In this document: positions 52,017-64,000 of the stretch, piece after piece | Position numbering within the stretch: the stretch's first letter is position 1 | Layout: each line of letters begins with the position of its first letter | Assembly: GCF_964355755.1 (NCBI RefSeq) | Contig: NC_092679.1 | Location: 6,292,201 to 6,356,200, forward strand | DNA from: Antedon mediterranea | Lineage: Eukaryota > Animalia > Echinodermata | Reading direction: 5' to 3' | Length of the DNA: 64,000 nt | Program-made: the position numbers and the translations under genes | Notes under the pieces: model-generated | Told to the model about the DNA's origin: nothing | What the model saw: the letters and a program-made list of their open reading frames with translations, nothing else | Databases searched by the model: none

Positions 52017-52440
52017 TCACACAGCAAAACTTAAGCACTCGTTTATACACGCAATACAACTAGTTAACCTTCTGTTTACACATGGCCAAAGTATTTCTCC
52101 ATGCTGAAACACACACCAAAGAGTATATGTTAGGTAAGGTTCACTTCACACACAGCAAAATAAGCACGATTTATACGCGCAATATACAACTAGTTAACCG
52201 TCTGTTTACACATGGCCCATCCATGAGAAGTATTTCTCCATGCTGAACCAAACACCAAAGAGTATATTTTTAGTTACGTATTGGTTCACTTCACACACAG
52301 CAAAATAAGCGCGATGTATACGCGCAATATACAACTAGTTAACCGTCTGTTTACACATGGCCCATGAGAAGTATTTCTCGAGGCTGAACCAAACACCAAT
52401 GACGTATAGGTTTACTTCACACAGCAAAAATAAGCACACG
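52017..52440. repeat. About 135-bp tandem repeat x3
   Basis: cacacagcaaaa..taagcac..gcaatatacaactagttaaccgtctgtttacacatggcc..agtatttctc..acaccaaag repeated. Confidence 0.85.
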
Positions 52441-53684
52441 TATTTAGTCCACAGAAGGCAATTATGTGAACCAGGCAGGAACGTTACTAAATTCCAATTC
52501 TAGAACGATCAATTTACCTAGAGGTCTTGAACCTGAGTAGGATTATACGTGACATGTTATAAACCTGTATCCATAATCGGAAACAAATTTGATTAACGCA
52601 TCCGGCTGCCCAAGAATCGTAAAACGCGTTACATTTCTTGGCTGTATTATTGTTGAAGGAAATATTATAAGTTTTTTTTTCAATTTCAAAGGCCATGAAG
52701 GGGTTGAGTTCTGGAAAATGCTAGGTTTCAGACATACATATAGTAGTAGTTAGTAGGCCTATTAAGAAGCCAAACTCCAGTGGACAGACGAACATCGTTT
52801 ACTAAGCCAGTTTGACCATACAGTACTTTGTTAAATCTGAAGTCAGAACATTAATAGATTCACGTTCCCTGTCACGGACGCATAATTTAGCGGCTCAATT
52901 TCTAAGACCCATCAGTCCCTTTTGTAATTTGGGATTCATCGTTGAAATTCCGACCGGGATTCCGACTCTCAACGCAACCTTCATCTTTCTACATTTTCTC
53001 CCATTTATTAAAAAAAAAACACCATAGACATGGATGAAGAGATTTATAGCGACTAGTATACTTTTTGACATTTGCAAAAAAGTGTGTTGTGTGACGAAAC
53101 AAGAAACGTCACATTGTCAAATATGCAAACATTGTTATTCCGGGAAGCATCAAATACTTCCAAAGATAATGTTTATGTTTTTTTCAGCTTCATATAGTGA
53201 TCGTAATCATAAAGTGATAGTCGTATACTAAATGACGTCGACTGACCTTGGAGTAAATCGAATCACAGACCGTGTCATATCGATGACGTCATATTCACCT
53301 GCAAAACGTCTCGTCCAAGTACTTCAAGCTCACTCACACACCAGATACAACAGCTAACAGTTAGTATTTCACGTGATCATAGGACTATAACTACTGAAAA
53401 AAGTTTCTAACGACATTGATGGACCATCCACGGTCTGAAAGACATCCGCTTGAGTATTGTGTAATTTTTTCATCAATTTGCCGTTAGAGTAGTATTCTGA
53501 TCAACTATTTGATATTTGACTTTTAAGTTTTCTACAACATCGCCGGCCGGACAACTATAATTTTTAAGTAACGCATGTGTATCGTTAACGCGTTAACCAT
53601 AGCATCTGTGTGTTCTTAAATACTTTACACAAAAAATAACGACCGTGTCATTCATTTCGGCGTCTCATACATATTTCATTGAAG

Positions 53685-56600
53685 ATGGCATTTTACACAT
53701 CTTGCCGATTTAAACTTTTTATACTGTCTGTTTACACGATGGTGAATATATTGACTGTTACGTCACAGCGAACAAGGTACGACTTTTCACCAATATACAC
53801 GAGAACAACGACAGTGAGGTAAGCTTTAGTAGGTATATAATAGAATTAGACAGATTTGTTTTTAACCTTTTTCTATATAAATAAATAAAATATAATTTGA
53901 CGGTAAGGGGCACGAGCATTTCTGGGGTAAAGACGGTTCAATAGGCTATTAAAGCTGATTTCAATTTCATATTAAATTTTGTTTCAGAAAATATACAAAC
54001 AATAGATTTATTGCAGCCGTGCAGTGGTCTATTGCCAATATTGAAAAAAAGTGTTGTTTGGTGGCGATTAAAAATAACGTTTTACGTTAAAGCTTGGTTC
54101 ACACTAGAACGCAACGCAAGGACGTACACGCAACGTAAGCGTGTTGACCAAGCGGCAGTTCGAATAATTCATCGCTTGTGATTGGTCAACTCACTTGCGT
54201 TGCGTTACGTCCTTGTGTTCGTCTGTAGTGTGAACCAAGCTTTAATGCCGTCAGTTAGTCCTCTTAAAACGTTTTGTGAACAACATGCACTATAAATGAA
54301 TATGTTGAGATATGAATATATGGAATATGAACACCTTAGATATGAATTTAAAATATGTATATCTTAAGATATGAATGTGAAATGAACGTTAAGTATAAAC
54401 ACGTTAAAACAAGAACGTGAAATGAACTTGTTAACATATGAATGTGAAATGAATATGTTAAGATATGAATAAAAAAAAACAAAAAAAAACATGCACTATA
54501 ATAATAGTATAGACCTAGGCCTAATTAATGAACAACATGCACTATAATAATATAGGCCTAATTAATATGATGGATGATAGGATTATGTTACATCACCAAA
54601 AATAAACGTTAAACACGTCATTAGGCTATCATACAAAGTTGGCATTCAAAATAAACATTTGACATAAAACATGCCACCATACAGCCAAGGAATCATTAAT
54701 TACTGGCTACATGCACAAGTATGTTCTAAAAATAAAGGTGTACCGTATGGGCTAATTACCTCACCGATGGTGCACATTATGGAGTCACCCAATAATATGG
54801 TCGTTCAGAGGAAAATATAATTTTGAATTTCCCAATCAAGGGATACAGTAGGTACTAATAAAAAAACATACACAATTGAATCGTCGTAAGCGCAACGTAA
54901 GTCGCGATGGATTATTTGTTAACTGTCACTCGTCATTGGTCAACTCGCTTTTGCGTTGCGCGAACGTCCTTACGTTGCCTCTCTTGATAAACTACTGTAA
55001 GTTAAAGCCAAACACTTTTTCATCTTATTTGATATATTAAAGAAATAATAATATTAATTTTGCATATATGCATATTCAATATAGTAACTCTTCTTGTTTA
55101 TTATTGTAGGCCTACTGTGAATCGCAAAGTCACTTGGACTTAGATCCATGACCCCTATTTAATTAATGTCACTTTATGTAACTTTCTTTTCTCCCCTCTT
55201 TTAACCTCTTCTGATTAAAAAAATGTTTGATCAATTGAAATGTCATGCTTTTGAAATTGAAAAATTGAAATTAGTTTAGTGCTTTGATTATTGTTCTTAG
55301 GCTGTGACATAAGTATACAATGCGGCGTTTATTCAATTACGGCGTTTTGACCGTGGTGTAGGCCTACCTCGCATTCGACTGAATAAATAGAAAAAAATGT
55401 ACATTTTTAATACCGTTGTTTTCATCGAAGGTTGTATAAATGTTTATCCTATAGTTCTAGCATGGAGTTATAATTTAATCTAGATAGAAATGTTTCTGAT
55501 TTCTTCTGTTTGTAGGAAAACGTATAGGCCTATAATTATCTATCGTCGATCTTTATGGTCTGTAGAATAAACGGGTCTTTGACAATCGGTAATTGTTTAT
55601 CTGTAGTATAAACGGGCCTTTGGCAGTCGGTAATTGTTCGTCAGTAGTATAAACGGGCCTTTGGCAGTCGTTAATTGTTTGTCTGTAGTATAAACGGGCT
55701 TTTGGCAGTCGGTAATTGTTCAAAATGTCAACGTTACTTACAACGATAATCAGTTATCTAATAGATGGACCACAAACTATAGCCAGCTAGAACTACACCA
55801 ATCATCAAATCATTCAGCATCATACTTTCTACAGTATTTGGCCTGTGTCCATTGGTTGTTGGCGCGTGCACCAACGTGTGCTGACCAAACGTGCCATGTT
55901 TTCACTTGTTATATCCTGTGGAACAAACTGCCGGAAGTCCCACTCATCCCAAAAGCTGGCTTACGTTGTATTCTCCTCGGGTGTTTGCTAACAAATCATT
56001 CATGTTGTTTTAATGTTCGCAACGTACTTGAGATCAAATAATGTTGACATTGTTTGCGTAAGAGTGTTAAATCTAGTGCGACGCAAAGCAAGGACGTAAC
56101 GCAACGTAAGTGATTTGACCAATCACAAGCGATGGATTATTGGAACTGCCGCTGTCCTAGTGGGAACCATGTTGAGACATTTTGCCAGAAAAAAAGTTTG
56201 GAAAAGAAAGAAAACTTTCAGTTTGCAAACACAAGCAAACTCACGGTTTTCAACAAAAGCGTAGGCCTAATAGAGTTTTTTTATTATAGTGGACCACTCA
56301 TTGTGTTCAGCAATGGTTCAATTTCCTTATAGGCCTAGTGTCCAACTTATAGCGGTACGATAGTAGTAATTACGTTTAGTGCAGACGTCCAAGTTTCATT
56401 GTTTGTAAATCTCTGTTACAAGTTTGATGTTGACGTAGACCTACTCGTGGGCGTCGAGTAGTTGACGCTTGGACGTCTTCGTCTGACATGGACGTCGTCG
56501 TTTTGATATAAAACGTCAACGTGTGGCGTGGACATCATCACTCGACTTTAACGTCTCGTTTTCTGTGAGCGTAACGTGTGAAATGATAGCGAACATAATA

Positions 56601-59600
56601 GACCTATAGGCCTACTTAGTTTTATATTTTAGTTTTTAGAAGAAAAAATTCACGTGACGTATCAAGGGGAGGAATTTAGTATTAGATAGAAATACCTCTG
56701 GGTTGGTAAAAATAATTATAGAACAACTTTTATTATTACAACTTATTGAGGCCTTAATGGTTTCAAAGAACGGTGCGTGATGATACCAAGGTTTTATAAA
56801 TAAATAATTGAATATTAATATTTTGAATTTAATATTATAAAGTGTCTGATAATGAAAAACTAAATATTTCAATTTTGTTTGTTGGCAAACAAATTGTTTC
56901 ATCGTCGGTTAGTGAACTTGCATGACCTCCTTGAAACCGGATGCCATTTTATATAACTTGGTCTCAGTTAAAGCGCATTTTCTTAATTTATTTTCTGCTT
57001 TGTCAGAGACTTTACGTAAAAATATGAGTATTCTGGTAAGTTTAACTTTTTTTCTAAGTTCATTTTGTCTGCCACCAAAAATGTTCGTAATTTTTTTGGA
57101 CATTTTAGAATCAACAAGAGTGTTTTTCAGACTGCTAATGAATAATTTCCGCCATAGTTTTCCAATTAATTCTTATTTCTGCGTTATTCTTAAAACTTTG
57201 AGATCGCAAACTCGTGTGCAGACTGTCGTCATCACGGATCTCTCCCACGTGCGTTGCTCTATATAATGTATGCCTAATGTTTCTAAGTATTACGACAACA
57301 ATTAATTATAAAGACATGGGTATAATGATAATACAATTAGTCTTTGCCTATCATCAAATCACCTTGTGCCTACGCAAAGCGGATGATGTGACTGCCCTTC
57401 CCATTTTTGACAGAAAAATGACCGCAGTCGACAGTGGAACTTATAGGTAGGCCTACTGAATGTTTGGGGTGGCAGGAAAAACAATCGCGTCCAAAGGTTG
57501 AAACCACGAAACCACCAATTCTTTTGACTATTATTATTATCGCGCCACAATAGCAGCATTCGCGTTAAGTTGCTGAAAAATATCCAAAGACTCTTCATTG
57601 TTCCTTACGACCTTTCTTTATATTTATAATATCCATCAGGATCTCAGGGAGGCCTAAGGATCTGGTGTGGGAGTCGGATTTTGCTGCATAAAATGGTATG
57701 GACTCAAAAGAAGAGGTTTTCTAAAGTAAAACTCTCTCACATATCATTATGCCTAATTAATGTTATAAAATATGTGTACAAGTGTGAAAGTATGCCACGC
57801 TTCCGTGTAAACTATGTGCCATTAAACGGGGCATGGTAATGAGTCTGGTATAAACGGAAGCTTGTAGCCGTTCTGACGTCATATACCATGTAGCTACTTA
57901 CGAGCTGTGATCTTGACTCTGATGAAATTTGATTAAAAAGACTCAGGATAAGTGGCAGATGATGAATAGATGTACTATAATGTAAGCCAAGGAATTTTAG
58001 AGGTCAAAACATGAAGAAACAATTGATTCCAATTAATCGAAATTAAATTGTACTCCCTGAGGTGCATCTTGTCGCCTGGCGCAAACATGTCACCATGGAA
58101 TAACATTTTTGTATAGTTTTTAGTAAAATGGTATGTCACTTTGCTTTGGCTCAAGAGTATTCCAATAAAGAGATAACACTTTGAATTTGTGGAATAAAAT
58201 GTGATTTTCATTGATTTTTACGTTTAGGAGATTTATTGAAAAAATAGTTGTTGAACTAACTTTACATACTACAAAAATGATCGAAAACATAAACTTTTAT
58301 CAAATTGTTTCGATATCGTATCGATTACTGTATAGTATCGATTTTTATTTAATAATTTGAGTGCAAAACAGCGACACCAGCGTCAACTTGTATTCTCAAC
58401 CACCAACACACCGCCGACGACGGACACCAGCGGCAATTACAATTTTATTTTTAGGTAATCAATATTAAAAATACGAAAACTGTTAGGTGCTTACTCTCGT
58501 ATTGCGACGGATTGCTGTAATTAATTGTCTAATACCGCCGAGACTTTTTCTTGTACCTATCTGGGGCTGGAATCCAGAGACTTACTAGGCCCCTGGATCT
58601 TGCAAAACCTAGCCTGACTGACTACTCTGGCTACCCCTGTGGGTGACGTGAGTAGGCCTATACGACCATGCGTGCGTCGGCTTACTTTTCTTTAATAAAA
58701 TATGTAGCAACCATAAAAAGTTTCCGCTACAACAATATTTGATATATTTCATTACTACCCTTTTCAGGGGTGGGGTGGGGGCGATGCAACTGCAATTTGT
58801 AAAACTTTATATTCCGGCCAGCCAGGATATGATTGATTGATAAAGTGGTTGTACAGTGTCCGTAAACCTATACAATTCAGTGAATTACATACTGTCCTGA
58901 ACATTTTTCAGTGCTATGCCCTAGATTTTAGTCATTATATTAAAACATTATTTTTGACCTTGTGTTAGAACAACAATAGTCATAGTTACCATGAATACTG
59001 TTAATATAAAAACCATGTTACGTTGGAGTCCTAGACCTATTTTCATTTTCAGATGTCAAATTAAATATTTCTTTCCATTTCTTGGAATTGCATCATACAT
59101 GGCGACGTCAAAATATATTTTATTGAAGTTAATTCTATTCTCATCTTTTTTTTTCAATTGTATTATTTCCATCGTTTTGTTTTGACCTTTAAAAAACATT
59201 AACAATTCATCAGAGAATTTTCAGAATAATTTTTATTTGTTTTAGACCATCGGTATTAAGTTTATATGACAAATACATGTGTTTCAAAACACTTGAACTA
59301 GAGACTAGAGGCTGAGACTTAAATCAATTTTACAACTGTCACATGTCAAGTCACATTAGCACTTTTGTTGAAATCTGATTTTATGTTGTTAACAGAATAG
59401 AATGTTATGATATAGTTCAGGGATATAGCTAAAAGAAGAGTGCTTTTACATCGCCTAATAATTAAAACTCTTGAGTTTATACAAATTACAACAGAGCATC
59501 AACACCAGAATTCTGTATGGTGTGTGCCCCAGCGTGTGTAGAGTTTCTCTGTGAAAATAAAAATTTAGGTAGAGGTTTCTTGGTTGGGTGGATTCAATTG

Positions 59601-62600
59601 AACCTAAAGGTCATACATATTTGTTAAGGTGGGCAAAGACTTTGAAGAGGATTTGGGTGTGTATGCCCTGCCCACTGCTGCAGAGAACATACATCAATGA
59701 TGGTACTGTGTCTAAACTTAAATTTGGCATTCCAACCTGTACAAAGGATAGGTTCTAATTTTAGTAGAATTTAAGGTCGTAGCGAAAGGTTAAAATCAGA
59801 CGAGGCAAAGATGCTTTAAATATAATTATTAATATAAAACAAGATCTCTACTGGGGAATTGGAGTGGGTAGTGAAAATTGAAAATTTCAGACAAGGATAG
59901 CGCCTCATCTGCCTCATGCTAGCTACGGCCCTGGAATTTTAAGTTTCACTCAAATAGGAGTGAGTGGACGAGCGGTTAAGCCATAACATCGGCAAGGGTT
60001 CAAGGCTAATTCGCTCCATGGGTCTGGTGGTAGATAAGGAGTATAAACCGTAGGTCCAGTGTATGCATATTGCTCGTGTGCACTTTAAAAGAACCTAGTA
60101 CATCTTTCGAGACGAGTAGGGGTTACCCCGGTGTACTAGTTAACACACACACACTGTGACCCTTAGGGGAGAAGAATGTTGTTGAAAAGGTGTAACATCT
60201 AAGTCCACAGCGCTCTGATCTTCATGAAATAGTGCTATATAAATGTCGCATTACATTACAAGTAAGCACCATTTCAATTCAATATTGCCATATCAAGTTG
60301 CGATTCTTTTATTGGATATTATTTGACAGTATGCCTACACAAACCATAAAACAACAGGAGTATAAGAAGCATTACATTTCACCAAAGTCGAGAAAAATTA
60401 GTAATCATTCTGTTTTGCATTGAATTCAAAATTGTTTTGATCAATGGCAGCCTAGGTTGGGATAGCCCTGCCAGATTTAATCTCCACCCAATTATGAATG
60501 AAAATCCCTGATGTATGTCTGATCATTGCAAAGCATTGTCTACGCTTTTCCTGTAGCACAATGAATTTGTCAAAAGGATAGTTTCGCTCAATATATTATA
60601 ACAGTTGTGATATGTTGTAAATTATACAGAAACTACATTTTTCAGGTCAAAGTTCGCAGTCTTTATAACTGATCTACTGTAAAATTTCTATACACATCCA
60701 CAGACACTCATCCAGCTACAGTAGGACTTTCATATTTTAGTTAGTTTATTGAAGTATGTACTGAACTCAGTTCAAATTAAGCAAATCAGCAGATCAAATT
60801 GACCTAAAAACAACCAGTCGAATTTGTGCCTAGCTTACCTGGATAAACCAGCATAGGCCATATCCCCTTTGAGGAAGAACAAAACCATGAAAAGACTATA
60901 TGTGAATAATCAAAGTGCAAACAAACCATGATTAAATTTAGTACAGTACCATTTTTTCTAGTGTGAACAATGCTTTAGTGTCCATTTCCACTATAGTGTC
61001 CGTTTACACCAAATAGATTATTATCTTATCTTTTATATTATAATGTACAAATGTTATTCCCAGTTGAGTTTGTATTTAGTCACCAGCTTGTAAATAATTT
61101 ATTTGGAATGTTGATACATTTCAAGCTATTTATAATCAGGTATCCGGTTACTATTTAATTTTGGCGTAATTTGTTACAATTGTAATTCTCAAGTGGTGTC
61201 TAGATGGTTTTCCTGAATTGTATGAATTGGTCATTAAAAAAAGTTGATGTGAGTAATATTACTGCGACGCACTGTGTATAGCTTTGGTGTATTACTGAAA
61301 GTTAGTGAAAGTAATTAATACAGAATTCAGATCAGATCTATTTCATGACAATTTAACTTTATTTTCTTAAACTCTGTCTACAGTGTATCAAACTATTAAA
61401 AAAAATGTGATGTACCCACATACGGAATGATGATGTCATATAACTACCATATTTGGGCACATCACACTTTTTTGTCAAACTAGTTTAATATTGTAGACAG
61501 CGTTTACTGCTTTGTTATTCTACGTCTACAAAATTAATTGAGAAAACACTGTAAAAATGTTCAATAATACTATAATTAAAGGTTATTTATGGAAGCTTAC
61601 TGTATGTGTTCAAAAACAAATTTACCACTGTAGTTAAATATATAGATACAGTATGTGCTGCAGTAGTACAGTACTATTAAAGTAGGAAAAGGTCCCGTAG
61701 GGAGTTCTGTTGACTTCCATTCAGAGCTCTGATGTCTCCTTTTCAGTGTTCTGATGACTCCTTTTCAGTGTTCTGATGACTCCTTTTCAGTGTTCTGATG
61801 ACTCCTTTTCAGTGTTCTGATGACTCCTTTTCAGTGTTCTGATGACTCCTTTTCAGTGTTCTGATGACTCCTTTTCAGTGTTCTGATGTCTCCTTTTCAG
61901 TGTTCTGATGTCTGCTTTTCAGTGTTCTGATGACTCCTTTTCAGTGTTCTGATTACTCTGAGAAAGTGGAAAGTGACACTGCTGATGAAGAAATCTTGAT
62001 AAACAAAAACCTTGTTAGTGTTCTACAGTACTTGCTCAACTTGTAAACTTTTGTTTTTGTCAGATATAATATTTGCGGGAGTAAATGTTGCACAGGCTGG
62101 AGTTATGACACCTCAACAGGATCATGTACAAAACGTAAGTACTGAGCTAATCCCCCCTTCCCTTCCCCAATTTACCTGACCTTGTGTTCCAATTCTTGTT
62201 AAAGTGCACTGTTCTACTCTAATATTTAATAATTAATATAATATTAAAAGTATTTTTTTCTTTTCTTTTTTTTTAAACCTTTCGATTTTATTTATAAACT
62301 TAAATCACCCTGAGCTATTTTCATTGAACCGCAAGAACGAGTTAATTTTGACATTTTTTTTTTTTTTTTTTTTATTATTTCATTTCCAAAAACACAACGC
62401 GCCACCAGCTGTGACAACAAGACAAAAACAAATAAAAAATGGTTTTTTTTATAAATACATGAATAAATTAAATTTAAAGATATAAATTTGAGTATTAATA
62501 CAAATAATTTCTCCTTTTTCCAATTTTGATAACATTAAAAAAATTAACATTTTTGAAGAAAAAAAGGTCAAAAAACCGGTGAAAGACAAAAAAACAAAAA

Positions 62601-63015
62601 CAGTATTGCTTTTATCAGTCATTTTAAGAAACAAGAAATCTTTATTTACGGAGCATATAAATGTACAATAATTGAATTATGCCTTTACAATTATGATTTA
62701 AAGTGCAAAAGTTCAAATATGTAATAATTGAATAGCAATTTCAACTTGCATGTTTTGTGTTCCAAGAACTAAAAATAGACAGTGCTGAAATCGGTACCAG
62801 ATAACAATTGTTGCTCACAATTTATTTTCCAGCGGTATGCGTTCCGTACTGTAAAAATGGTGGGAAATGTGTGCGTCCAAACTATTGCACATGTCCTACG
62901 GGATACACTGGAAATTATTGCGAAAGGCAAGCCATATCGTCCACGAGAACTCAGTCACAACCGGTGGGCGGATATAGACAGCTATCCGTTTACCGAACGT
63001 CGTGGAACTACAATA
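53685..63015 (+). CDS. 5' part of an LTBP-like (fibrillin/LTBP superfamily) secreted EGF protein; exons 53685-53818, 62064-62134, 62833-63015; continues beyond the window
   Basis: A signal-peptide-like exon ([27 protein letters not shown]) splices in phase to [23 protein letters not shown]|[31 protein letters not shown]. This matches the LTBP 4-Cys domain plus first EGF pattern (N.CG..CC.GW......CTKP.C.P.C.NGG.C.RP..C.C..G..G..CE). All junctions are GT-AG. Linking the first exon is less certain than the two Cys-rich exons. Confidence 0.78.
55560..55721. repeat. About 42-bp tandem repeat x4
   Basis: tctgtagtataaacgggcctttggcagtcggtaattgtt repeated. Confidence 0.85.
59957..60140 (+). mobile_element. 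Degenerate copy of the tRNA-derived SINE
   Basis: Collinear with 36778-37000, with internal deletions. Confidence 0.75.
61727..61955. repeat. 22-bp minisatellite x10
   Basis: ctgatgactccttttcagtgtt repeated almost perfectly. Confidence 0.92.
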
Positions 63016-64000
63016 GTAAGTTTAGATCCGAAAATTTCTTTTGATCTTAACTAACATTTGTTCTTGTTTTAATATTTGAAGCGGTACCAAAACCATTAAC
63101 AGCTAACTTATGCCGCATGCCTATCAGTGCGCCAGATAATTTCCCCAGATCGACACAATATGAATTGTTTTTTTCATTCTCGCTCAAAACATTAACAACG
63201 CTTGAAAAGTATTACCGGCTAATATCAAACATATTGTGCATGTGTAACAGCATGATCTTGCAGATATACTAAGTTTATTTACTACTAACAATTTTTTAAT
63301 AACTAGCTTTTATGGAAGTGTGACAAACGAAACATCTTTACAGTCAACAAAATCCCCAGTTTAGATTGATAATAGTAATTTTACTATGCATAATTACAGA
63401 GTACAGTAGTCTGTGAATACTAGCGTTCTTTGTATCAACGTGAAGTTTAAACTTGAGAATAAAATCCATGAATGGATACAATTATTTTATATTTTGTGGG
63501 ATAAATAAATTGTTTCAATGTTATATAAAGAAGTTATTCTTGAATGCAATAGGGAGTTAGGGTTAGAGTTGCAATATTATTGATTAACACCCTAATTTAA
63601 AAGGACAGTTCTATGGTTCTTGACATTTTCTACAAATGTTATTGTTAGAGATTATTTTTACCAAGGAATTGTATTGTAGGAGGTACCATACAGTAGACAA
63701 ACCATATAATATAAAACTATTATTCATACTGTAATGTCTCTTACTTACACTAGTATTATTATTAAGTGAATTATAATTATTTAGTTAAATTATTTTACAT
63801 GTAAATGTCATAGATTGTGAATCTAGTATTTATGTACAGTATTGCATTACTATTATCTCAATTAATCGATAAAATAATCAATCAATCAATCGGTGAATTA
63901 AGTGAAATAGTTATTGGAAATAATTATGATGCATAGAATAGATCCATGTTATGTTAATACTAGTAGATCTATGTCAAAATCTATTTATAGTATTCTTTGG

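Overview
AT-rich, intron- and repeat-rich eukaryotic genomic DNA from an animal, most likely an invertebrate deuterostome such as an echinoderm (inferred from gene content and SINE type). I assembled five protein-coding loci by hand from splice sites and reading frames: (1) the first coding exon of a minus-strand type II membrane protein that runs off the left edge; (2) a ZIP/SLC39A1-3-type zinc transporter with an uninterrupted CDS (+); (3) a complete 7-exon AVEN (-); (4) a complete 10-coding-exon STYX pseudophosphatase (-) spanning about 29 kb; (5) the 5' exons of an LTBP/fibrillin-family EGF protein (+) that runs off the right edge. Two U3 snoRNA copies lie head-to-head with AVEN. The remainder is MITEs, Helitron/Helentron-like elements, SINEs, LINE 3' ends and minisatellites. 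The most notable observations are these. The ZIP and AVEN stop codons interlock in a single TTAA, so each 3' UTR is antisense to the other gene's coding sequence. One conserved STYX exon has AT instead of GT at its donor site. The STYX last-exon acceptor is tandemly duplicated. Most short ORFs in the supplied track are spurious. All identifications come from recalled family motifs; no database search was run.
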